Positions 45,373 to 52,579 of a stretch of DNA of 52,579 nt are shown here, in pieces. The first letter of the stretch is position 1, and each line of letters opens with the position of its first letter. This DNA comes from a bacterium (GTDB lineage: Bacteria; Patescibacteriota; Minisyncoccia; Portnoybacterales; JAKAHB01), in the NCBI GenBank assembly GCA_021815315.1, contig JAKAHB010000001.1:1-52579 (forward strand), read 5' to 3'. The position numbers and the translations under genes were made by a program. The notes under the pieces were generated by a model. It was not told where the DNA came from. It ran no database searches and saw only the letters and a program-made list of their open reading frames with translations.

Positions 45373-46092
45373 TTAATGAAGTTCGGACAAAGTGTTTTTA
45401 TCGGCGAAAGGATATTCTTGGCCGATTAGTTCGGCGATTTTGACCATCACATAATCGGTAATCCGACGATAGTCTTCTTCGGTTGTGTCCAGCTCGTTGT
45501 ATTGGTCGAGATAGATTGGTTCTCCGATTTTTATCCCAATCCTCTTTGCCAGTTTGGGCTGGTGTTGCCCGGGCGGCCAAACTTCGTAAGCGTTTATAAT
45601 CCCGACCGGTAAAATCGGCGCCCGGCTTTTGACGGCGAATTTAGCTATCCCAGTGAAGGATTTTTGCAGTTTACCCGATCGACTTCTTGTTCCTTCGGGA
45701 AAAATGCCGAAAGCGCGGCCCTGTTTTAGGACGGATAGGGCTTGACTGTGCACCTCGGCCTTGTTGGGATTATCGCGATCAACCCGTATTTGCCCGGTCA
45801 TTTTCATTAAAAGTCGCCACAGCGGTTTTTGAAAAAATACTTCGGCGGCCAGGTAATGTACCGGGCGGCCAGCAATGGAAGAAAAACAAAGAAAATCCAG
45901 ATAACTCTCGTGGTTGGAAGCGATAATTACCGGACCGGTTTTGGGAATTCTTTGCTTCCCCGAAACAGATTTTATAAAGATAGCTTTGATTAACGGGACC
46001 AAGGTTATCCTCAGTAGCCGATACCCCCACTTAGAAGTAAAAGTTTCTTTATATTCAAGTTCGTGATTATTCTTTTGCTGTGAGTTAGACAT
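45373..46092 (-). CDS. plsC: Lysophospholipid acyltransferase (PlsC family)
   Basis: IIASNHESYLD (HX4D), GQIRVDR, IFPEGTRS, ILPVGI. Confidence 0.9.
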   Translation of the reverse strand: MSNSQQKNNHELEYKETFTSKWGYRLLRITLVPLIKAIFIKSVSGKQRIPKTGPVIIASNHESYLDFLCFSSIAGRPVHYLAAEVFFQKPLWRLLMKMTGQIRVDRDNPNKAEVHSQALSVLKQGRAFGIFPEGTRSRSGKLQKSFTGIAKFAVKSRAPILPVGIINAYEVWPPGQHQPKLAKRIGIKIGEPIYLDQYNELDTTEEDYRRITDYVMVKIAELIGQEYPFADKNTLSELH

Positions 46093-46117
46093 TATTGATT
46101 TGGAGAATTTATTACAA

Positions 46118-46148
46118 AAAAACCAGTAAGTTCATTATACTGGTTTTT
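46118..46148 (-). terminator. Hairpin with U-tract ending the pheST-RNHCP unit; overlaps the plsC -10
   Basis: aaaaaccagta-agttcatta-tactggttttt; minus strand ends in TTTTTTT. Confidence 0.6.
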
Positions 46149-46162
46149 GCGGAATTTGTGAA
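46134..46162 (-). promoter_or_regulatory. Promoter of the plsC-HAD-histidine kinase operon
   Basis: Minus strand TTCACA, 17 nt spacer, TATAAT. Confidence 0.6.
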
Positions 46163-46167
46163 AATTA

Positions 46168-46635
46168 TCAATCTTTTCCTAGTAACTGTTTTTTTATTTC
46201 TTCTCTGTCCCCCTCATCCAAGAGCTTAATCTCTTGCTCCGCAAACTTTTTTTTGGCTTTTGCGTTAAGATTTCTTGAGGTTTTCAGCAAATCTAAGATT
46301 CTTTCCGGATCGTCATCTCCCGCCAGGCGGTTGATGCGGACCTTGTCGCAATGTCGGCATTGATGAACCAGCATAATTTCACCCTGTTTTTTGTGACCAT
46401 ATTTGTCAAAGCCCGCGTGTTTGAAGGTCAAGGCAATTGGCGCCATATCGTCGTGACAGAGCGAGGCCCGGTCCCCCGAAGTTTCGGCATCAACGTGCCT
46501 GGACCACAAACAAGACGGACAATGATTGCGGTTTTTAGTGCCGATTAAATTTTGGCAATTTACTTTTTGTCCGCAGTGGGAGCAAACAAAAAAAAGCTCT
46601 TTCCCGTCCGTTGCCTTATTTTCTGATTTCCGCAT
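46168..46635 (-). CDS. RNHCP domain (zinc-binding) protein
   Basis: CSHCG...RNHCPSCLWSRHVD...GDRASLC...HQCRHC...NRLAGDD. Confidence 0.9.
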   Translation of the reverse strand: MRKSENKATDGKELFFVCSHCGQKVNCQNLIGTKNRNHCPSCLWSRHVDAETSGDRASLCHDDMAPIALTFKHAGFDKYGHKKQGEIMLVHQCRHCDKVRINRLAGDDDPERILDLLKTSRNLNAKAKKKFAEQEIKLLDEGDREEIKKQLLGKD

Positions 46636-48961
46636 GGAATTTTTGCTTGAGAACCTCGATTATTTTAGCAATGATTTCATCCGCTTCTTTGGCTTCTAGC
46701 GTTCTCTCGGGCGAACGAAATTCCAGATGAAAAGCCAAACTTTTTTTATCAGCACCGATTTTGTTTCCCTCAAAAATGTCAAAGAGCTCAATTCTAGTAG
46801 TCAAACCCGGAGCAACGCTGGCCAAGGCTTGTTCCAAATCAGCATATTTTATCTCTTTACTGATGATAAAGGCTAAGTCGCGCTCAACGCCGGGAAACCT
46901 CGGTATGTCCCTAAAGACTTTAGTCTTGGGGTCAACTTCAAGAAGTTTTTTCAGATTAATTTCAAAAAATACGGCCAGTTTGTCCCCATGAGTTTCAGAT
47001 TGATAGGCAATCAAGTTTTCCCGATAAGCAAGCCCTAGGCGCCCAAAAAGGCTCTCCAAGATTCCTTTGGCCTGCAAGAATAAATTATTGTTATTCCCTA
47101 CCAAAACTCCGGCCAAGTGTTTCTCTTGACGCGGCAGCTTGGCGCTACCGGAATTATCAGCCGGAATGTCACCCGGCTCTTTGAAATAGACTGAACCGAT
47201 TTCAAATAAAGAAAACTTATCAAAAAATCTCAAATTATCCGTAACATTTTTTCTCAAATTGGAAACAAGATTTTGGCGCAATAGGGCTTGTTCTTGGCTG
47301 ACCGGGTTTTTGAGTTTCAAAAATCCGGTGGAATTTTTCTCCGCCACCTCAACCTGCTCGGAACCGACAAAAGAGTAATTTAAGACCTCGTTCATGTTCG
47401 CTCCCAGGGCCAGAAATTCTTTAATTTTTTCAATTAGCTCTCTTTCTCTGTCTTGTTCGGGGGCTCTCATTTGTAAAGTCGGCAGGCTTGGTTTGATATT
47501 ATTAAAGCCATAGAGCCTGGTTAGCTCTTCAACAAGATCGTCCGGGATTGAGACATCGCCCGTGGATCGCCAGGTCGGGACTGTAACAATTAAATTTTTA
47601 CCAGAACCGGAAACGGCAAACCCCAGCGGTTTTAAGGCAGACTTGATAGCGGCGGGAGCGAAATCAACACCGGATTTTTTGCGAACGTAATCTTGGTCCA
47701 ATTTTATCTTTAAATTATGGTTTTTGAAGTTCTGGATGTCGGTAATTTGGCTGGCGATTTGCGCTCCCGGGGCTGTTTCTGCCAGAAGCTCCAAGAATCT
47801 CAAGAGGCCAAACTCCGCCAAATTGGGATCTTGGCCCTTTTCAAAACGCATGGAAGCTTCAGTGCGCAGATTAAGGCGCAGGGAAGTTCGGCGGATGGTT
47901 TGAGCGTCAAAATTAGCTGCTTCCAAAATGATGGAGGTGGTCTTTTCATCAATTTCCGAATTACCGCCGCCCATTATGCCAGCCAAAGCCACCGGTTTCT
48001 GCGCGTCGCAGATTAAAAGATCGGTTTCTTCAAGTTTGATTTCCGACCCGTCAAGCAATTTCATAGCTTCGCCGTTTTTGGCTTGACGGACAATAATTTC
48101 CTGGTCGGCCAATTTATCGGCATCAAAAGCGTGCAGGGGCTGGCCCAAATCAAGCATCACAAAATTGGTCAAGTCCACAATATTGTTGATTGAACGGTTG
48201 CCGGTAGCGGCCATGGCGCGTTTGAGCCACAAGGGCGACTCGGTGACTTTGATGTTATCAATTTTAACCGCTAAATATCTTGGGCAGGCCTGTTTGTTTT
48301 TTATTCCCACGGACACCTTGTTTGGCGAGGCGCCAAGCCGTTTTTGGGGCGAAGCTTCTTTTAGTTTCGCGTCGGTAAGCGCGGCCAGCTCGCGAGCAAA
48401 TCCGGAATGGCTCCAAAGGTCCGGCCGGTGAGTAATGGTTTTGTTCTCTATTTCGTAAACAGCATCGTCAAGTCCCAAGGCTTCCCCCAGGCCGGCGCCG
48501 ACTTTTAAGCCGTAAGGCGTTAAATCCAAAATCTCTTTCTCCCCCACCATGAATTGTCGTTCCAGGCCAATCTCTTGGGGGCTGCAAATCATTCCCGAAG
48601 ATTTGATACCACGAATTTCTGTTTCTTGAAGCTCGATCAAACCTTCTTCTCCGTGCCATTTTACTTGGGCGCCTATTTTTGCCAAGGGCACGAGCATTCC
48701 TGATCGAACATTCACCCCACCGCAAACGACTTGATATTCGTTTTTCCCGTCGGTTAGTTTGGCGACCACTAAACGATCGGCGTTAGGATGTTTTTCTACC
48801 AAGAGGACTTGAGCGACAACGACTCCAAGCATGCTTTGGGCTGGGTTTTTAATCTCTTCCACTTCAGCAGTATGCAAAGTCAAAAGTTCTCCGATTTGTT
48901 CGGGAGTATGTTTGCTTGGGATATCAACGTGTTTTTTCAGCCAGTTAAGGGATAAATACAT
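46616..48961 (-). CDS. pheT: Phenylalanine--tRNA ligase beta subunit
   Basis: MYLSLNWLK, KHPNADRL, SSGMICS, THRPDLWSH, GQPLHAFD, LAGIMGG, DLVEELTRLYG, FDX-ACB domain (RDLAF...KSLAF). Confidence 0.97.
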   Translation of the reverse strand: MYLSLNWLKKHVDIPSKHTPEQIGELLTLHTAEVEEIKNPAQSMLGVVVAQVLLVEKHPNADRLVVAKLTDGKNEYQVVCGGVNVRSGMLVPLAKIGAQVKWHGEEGLIELQETEIRGIKSSGMICSPQEIGLERQFMVGEKEILDLTPYGLKVGAGLGEALGLDDAVYEIENKTITHRPDLWSHSGFARELAALTDAKLKEASPQKRLGASPNKVSVGIKNKQACPRYLAVKIDNIKVTESPLWLKRAMAATGNRSINNIVDLTNFVMLDLGQPLHAFDADKLADQEIIVRQAKNGEAMKLLDGSEIKLEETDLLICDAQKPVALAGIMGGGNSEIDEKTTSIILEAANFDAQTIRRTSLRLNLRTEASMRFEKGQDPNLAEFGLLRFLELLAETAPGAQIASQITDIQNFKNHNLKIKLDQDYVRKKSGVDFAPAAIKSALKPLGFAVSGSGKNLIVTVPTWRSTGDVSIPDDLVEELTRLYGFNNIKPSLPTLQMRAPEQDRERELIEKIKEFLALGANMNEVLNYSFVGSEQVEVAEKNSTGFLKLKNPVSQEQALLRQNLVSNLRKNVTDNLRFFDKFSLFEIGSVYFKEPGDIPADNSGSAKLPRQEKHLAGVLVGNNNNLFLQAKGILESLFGRLGLAYRENLIAYQSETHGDKLAVFFEINLKKLLEVDPKTKVFRDIPRFPGVERDLAFIISKEIKYADLEQALASVAPGLTTRIELFDIFEGNKIGADKKSLAFHLEFRSPERTLEAKEADEIIAKIIEVLKQKFHAEIRK

Positions 48962-48965
48962 ATAG

Positions 48966-48993
48966 TTTCAAATTCCAAATTTCTAATTTCCAG
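48966..48993. repeat. Degenerate 7-nt tandem repeat in the pheS-pheT spacer
   Basis: tttcaaa-ttccaaa-tttctaa-tttccag. Confidence 0.45.
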
Positions 48994-49017
48994 ATATTGA
49001 GCTTTTGGATTAAAAAC

Positions 49018-50010
49018 TCAAAACTGTTTTAAAAAACGCAAATCGTTTTGATGAATCATCCTCGTGTCTTCAAACCCGAATTTAAGTTGTGCCAGGCGGT
49101 TAAGGCCAACGCCGAAAGCAAAGCCAGAATATTTTTTTGGGTCAATTTTCCCGTAAGCAAGCACCTGGGGGTGCACCATGCCGGCTCCGATAGATTCTAC
49201 CCAGCCGGTCCCCTTGCACAACCCACAACCTTTGCCGTGGCAGACGGCACATTCAACATCAACCTCAACTCCCGGTTCCACAAAAGGAAAGTAGCCCGGA
49301 CGGATGCGCATTTTTATTTTGTCACCGACAATTTTTTCAACCAGCAGTTTCAAAAAAGCGTTCATATTGGCGACAGAAATGTTTTCATCTACCACCAGCC
49401 CTTCCAGCTGGTAAAAGGTATGATCGTGGCGATTGTCGGTGGCTTCATAGCGAAAAACGCGGCCTGGGGCGACAGCGTATAGCGGCGCGCCGTATTTGAG
49501 CATCGAGCGGATTTGGACCGGACTTGTTTGAGTGCGCAAAAGCACTCCCGGCTGTTCTGTCCAGATGGTGTCTTGCATCTCTCGAGCCGGATGCCAAGCC
49601 GGAACATTCAAGGCTTCAAAATTAAAAAATTCGGATTCTACTTCCGGGCCATCAAGGACCATAAATCCCATAGCGGTAAAATAGTTGGATAGTTCTTGGG
49701 TAATCTGGGTAATAGGATGTAGCGTCCCGGTTTGGAGTTCAAGGCCCGGGAGGGTTTCATCAAAACTTCCATCTGTTTGTTTCTCTCCCGTTGTCATTTT
49801 CTCCAGTGCCTCCTCTACGTTCTTCTTGAGTCGGTTTATTTCCGGGCCCCACTGCTTTTTATCGGCCTCGTTCATTGTCGCCAACTCTTTCATCAAATTA
49901 GTGACCAGGCCGTTTTTGCGTCCCAGATATTTCACCTTCAAGTCAAAACCAGACTTGGTTGTCAGGTCTTGCTTGAAATCTTTTTCGGTTTGATTGAGTT
50001 TTTCTTGCAT
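49018..50010 (-). CDS. pheS: Phenylalanine--tRNA ligase alpha subunit
   Basis: NFEALNVPAWHPAREMQDT, LLRTQTSPVQ, FYQLEGL, YFPFVEPG, CxxC-x3-CxxC insert, GFAFGVGLNRL. Confidence 0.97.
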   Translation of the reverse strand: MQEKLNQTEKDFKQDLTTKSGFDLKVKYLGRKNGLVTNLMKELATMNEADKKQWGPEINRLKKNVEEALEKMTTGEKQTDGSFDETLPGLELQTGTLHPITQITQELSNYFTAMGFMVLDGPEVESEFFNFEALNVPAWHPAREMQDTIWTEQPGVLLRTQTSPVQIRSMLKYGAPLYAVAPGRVFRYEATDNRHDHTFYQLEGLVVDENISVANMNAFLKLLVEKIVGDKIKMRIRPGYFPFVEPGVEVDVECAVCHGKGCGLCKGTGWVESIGAGMVHPQVLAYGKIDPKKYSGFAFGVGLNRLAQLKFGFEDTRMIHQNDLRFLKQF

Positions 50011-50118
50011 CTAATATCGTGTTAACCAGCGAACTGGAAATTAAGAGGTGGCTTTATTTTATACCAATTACGGTTTTTGGTTAAGGCTCCTGCCTTCCTG
50101 GTCTCCCTGTCTTGCGTC

Positions 50119-52296
50119 TCAAATCTTGCTTGGCCAATCTTCAATAATCAAGGCTTTTTTTGGTCGGCTAGGCAGTTTTTGGTAGATTTCTTCGGTGATA
50201 AAAGGCATAAAGGGATGTAACAACTTTAGAGAATCATAGAGAACTGTCCACAAAACCAGTTGGGCGGTTTGTTTGTCTTCTTTTGAACTGGGCTCATAAA
50301 TTCTCTTTTTGGCGTCTTCAATGCAGCGGTCGCAAAAACTATGCCAGAAGAAATGATAAATGGCCTGCGCCGCTTCATGAAACTTATATTTTTCAAGATT
50401 TTGCGTTACCTCTTTGGCTGTTTTTTTCAATTCCTCCAAAATCCACTCGTCTTCTTGGGTGTATTTCGGTTTTATTTGGGTTGGGTTGAACTCGTCGGCT
50501 GATGAGTCTTCCAATTGCGACAGGGTAAACCGCGAAGCGTTCCAAATTTTATTAGCGAATTTGCGGTGAGCGATAATCTTGTCTTCGCTTAAAACAATAT
50601 CGCTTTCATTGGAAGATCCAAAAACCAGGCTCATGCGCAGGGCGTCGGCGCCATATCCATCCACCACTGCCAAAGGATTAATCACGTTGCCTTTTGACTT
50701 ACTCATTTTCTGCTTGTCTTTATCGCGCACCAAGCCGTGCATGTAGATATTCTTGAAAGGCACTTGGCCGGTGCGATAGAGGCCCAGCATTAACATCCGA
50801 GCTACCCAGAAAAAGAGAATATCCCAGCCGGTTTCCATGACGCTAGTCGGGTAAAAGGCTTCAAAGTCACCCTCTTTAGTTGTTTGCAAGGTGGCAAAGG
50901 GCCATTGGCCGGAAGAAAACCAGGTGTCAAAAGTATCTTCTTCGGCGACAAATTCAGTGGCGCCGCACTTTTGGCACTTGTCCGGTTTTTTATCGGAAAT
51001 GACATAGCAGGTTTTATCTTGATTGCAATACCAAACGGGGATGCGGATACCCCAGACAATTTGACGGGAGATATTCCAGTCGCGAATATTATTCATCCAG
51101 TGCATAAAAATTCTTTCATACTTGCTGCTGGTGAATTTGGCCTCGCCTTTTTTGACGGCGGCAATCGCCTTCTCCGCCAAGGGAGCGATTTTAACAAACC
51201 ATTGCTTGGAAACCAGGGGTTCAATGGTGCGACCGCATTTGTAGCAAACACCGACCGAATGTTTGTAGGGTTCTTCTTTCTCCAAAAAGCCTTGAGCCTT
51301 TAAGTCAGCGACAATCTTTGTTCTGGCTTCTTCAACTTTCAGTCCGGCATAGTCCCTGCCTGCCTCCTCGGTCATTTTGGCAGTTTTTCCGACAACAGTA
51401 ATAAGAGGCAGATCGTGCCTTTGGCTAATTTCAAAATCGGATTGGTCGTGCGCCGGTGTGACTTTAACGGCGCCAGTGCCGAACTCCATCTCCACGACTT
51501 CGTCGGCCACAATCGGGATTTCTCGATTGGTCAAGGGTAACCTAACCGTGGCGCCGATTAAGTCTTGGTACCTTTTGTCTTTGGGGTTAACCGCAACCGC
51601 TGTATCCCCCAACATGGTTTCTGGCCTCGTTGTGGCCACAACGATAGATTTGGGATTGGGGGCGTGCCTGCCCTCCGATGCGGCGGGAGACTTGAGGTCA
51701 TATCTTATATACCAGAGCTTGTCTTCGCGGTCTTCGTATTTTACTTCCAGCTCCGAAAAACCAGTTTGATGCTTGGGGCACCAATTGATAACCCGTTCAC
51801 CGCGATAGATTAGGCTGTCTTTGTGCATCTGCTCAAAAGTTCCATAGACTATTTTTATAATGTCTGGGTCCAGAGTAAATTTAGCGCGCGACCAGTCGCA
51901 AGACGCTCCCAGGCGTTTGAGTTGGTCCTTGGCCACATCTTTGTTCTCTTGGACGTAGTCCCAGATCATTTTAAAGAGAGTCTCTCGATCAAAGTCAAAA
52001 CGGCTTTTACCTTGCTTTTCTAGCTTTTTTTCAAAAACAACTTGAGTTTCAAAGCCGGCGTGGTCCGCTCCGGGCAGCCAGAGAGCTTTCAGCCCTTTCA
52101 TTCGGTGGTAGCGAATGAGGGCGTCTTCAATCGTGACAAAAACAGCGTGCCCGGCATGTAGGGCCTCATTGGCGTTGGGAGGAGGCATAACGATGCAATA
52201 GGGTTCCCCCGTCCCTTGCGGTTCAAAAAAACCACCCTCTTCCCAGAGCTGGTAAATTTTTTGCTCAATTTCTTGGGAACTGTAAGCCTTGTTCAT
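50119..52296 (-). CDS. valS: Valine--tRNA ligase (lacking the C-terminal coiled-coil arm)
   Basis: MPPPNANEALHAGH, ATTRPETMLGD, DWNISRQ, DTWFSSG, KMSKSKGN; likely start ATG 52296 (MNKAYSSQEIE). Confidence 0.97.
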   Translation of the reverse strand: MNKAYSSQEIEQKIYQLWEEGGFFEPQGTGEPYCIVMPPPNANEALHAGHAVFVTIEDALIRYHRMKGLKALWLPGADHAGFETQVVFEKKLEKQGKSRFDFDRETLFKMIWDYVQENKDVAKDQLKRLGASCDWSRAKFTLDPDIIKIVYGTFEQMHKDSLIYRGERVINWCPKHQTGFSELEVKYEDREDKLWYIRYDLKSPAASEGRHAPNPKSIVVATTRPETMLGDTAVAVNPKDKRYQDLIGATVRLPLTNREIPIVADEVVEMEFGTGAVKVTPAHDQSDFEISQRHDLPLITVVGKTAKMTEEAGRDYAGLKVEEARTKIVADLKAQGFLEKEEPYKHSVGVCYKCGRTIEPLVSKQWFVKIAPLAEKAIAAVKKGEAKFTSSKYERIFMHWMNNIRDWNISRQIVWGIRIPVWYCNQDKTCYVISDKKPDKCQKCGATEFVAEEDTFDTWFSSGQWPFATLQTTKEGDFEAFYPTSVMETGWDILFFWVARMLMLGLYRTGQVPFKNIYMHGLVRDKDKQKMSKSKGNVINPLAVVDGYGADALRMSLVFGSSNESDIVLSEDKIIAHRKFANKIWNASRFTLSQLEDSSADEFNPTQIKPKYTQEDEWILEELKKTAKEVTQNLEKYKFHEAAQAIYHFFWHSFCDRCIEDAKKRIYEPSSKEDKQTAQLVLWTVLYDSLKLLHPFMPFITEEIYQKLPSRPKKALIIEDWPSKI

Positions 52297-52300
52297 AGCT

Positions 52301-52486
52301 GTTACTTTCTTGTAACCAAGAAAGTAACCAAAGAAGTTCCGCTCAAGCGATAAAAATCCAAGCCAATCAAGTCTCGCTCCGCTGAAAAATTGCCTCCCGA
52401 GCTCGTCGCTTCGCTCCTCTATCGGCAATTGTTTCTACGGCTCCGCTCGGCTGATTGGCTGATAGATTTTTTCGCAATGAGCGGGA
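52301..52486. repeat. Composite palindromic element (REP/MITE-like) upstream of valS
   Basis: Perfect 12-bp hairpin gttactttcttg-taac-caagaaagtaac (52301-52328), then a ~150-nt nested inverted repeat (ttccgctca/tgagcggga, gcgataaaaatc/gattttttcgc, agccaatca/tgattggct, aattgcc/ggcaatt). Confidence 0.75.
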
Positions 52487-52579
52487 GTTGTCAACTGTTC
52501 GATTAATTCGCCTCTTAACTTGACTGCTAATTGGTTGCTGAAGCGTTTATAGTATGCTCATTCTAGCCGCTTTCTTTGC

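Noticed and set aside
283-52023. Numerous short antisense or alternative-frame ORFs in the track (e.g. 3901..4395, 17541..18056, 40394..40855)
   Set aside because: They lie within well-supported genes, have no recognisable motifs and are best explained as shadow ORFs.
52297-52579. T-box riboswitch upstream of valS (also checked the pheS, tyrS and aspS leaders)
   Set aside because: No GGTGGNACCGCG-like T-box on the coding strand, and the tyrS/aspS leaders are too short.
1-52579. CRISPR arrays, tRNA or rRNA genes, IS transposases
   Set aside because: No regularly spaced repeats, cloverleaf/T-loop signatures, rRNA-like stretches or transposase ORFs were seen; intergenic spaces are short and accounted for.

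Overview
Chromosomal origin region of a small-genome bacterium, most likely Patescibacteria/CPR (Parcubacteria-like). Evidence: compact genes with AT-rich, Shine-Dalgarno-poor leaders, short YidC/Jag/ValRS/PcrA, an archaeal-type AspRS, and a VirB4/PrgI/VirB6/pilin cluster with no relaxase or integrase. TGA is used as a stop, so genetic code 11. Left to right: lamin-tail-domain protein (partial); secreted coiled-coil protein; yebC-ruvC followed by a 7TM protein, an ATP-grasp/aspartic-protease fusion, a second ATP-grasp and a GT2; tyrS; aspS; class A PBP; holin-like protein; Ca2+/H+ antiporter; dciA-dnaN-(oriC)-dnaA; rpmH (missed by the ORF track)-rnpA-yidD-yidC-jag-flippase-two O-antigen-ligase-family genes; an ~12 kb T4SS-like cluster including a pilin fused to a zinc-peptidase-like domain; lnt-rsmA-pcrA; LysM/M23 peptidase; comM; a four-helix-bundle pseudogene; a plsC-HAD-7TM histidine kinase operon; RNHCP protein; pheT-pheS; and valS with a large palindromic element upstream. 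Best candidates for undescribed systems: (1) the membrane-associated double ATP-grasp/protease/GT2 module, (2) the acyltransferase-phosphatase-sensor kinase operon, (3) the pilin-peptidase fusion. All family calls come from motif recognition by eye; no searches were run.
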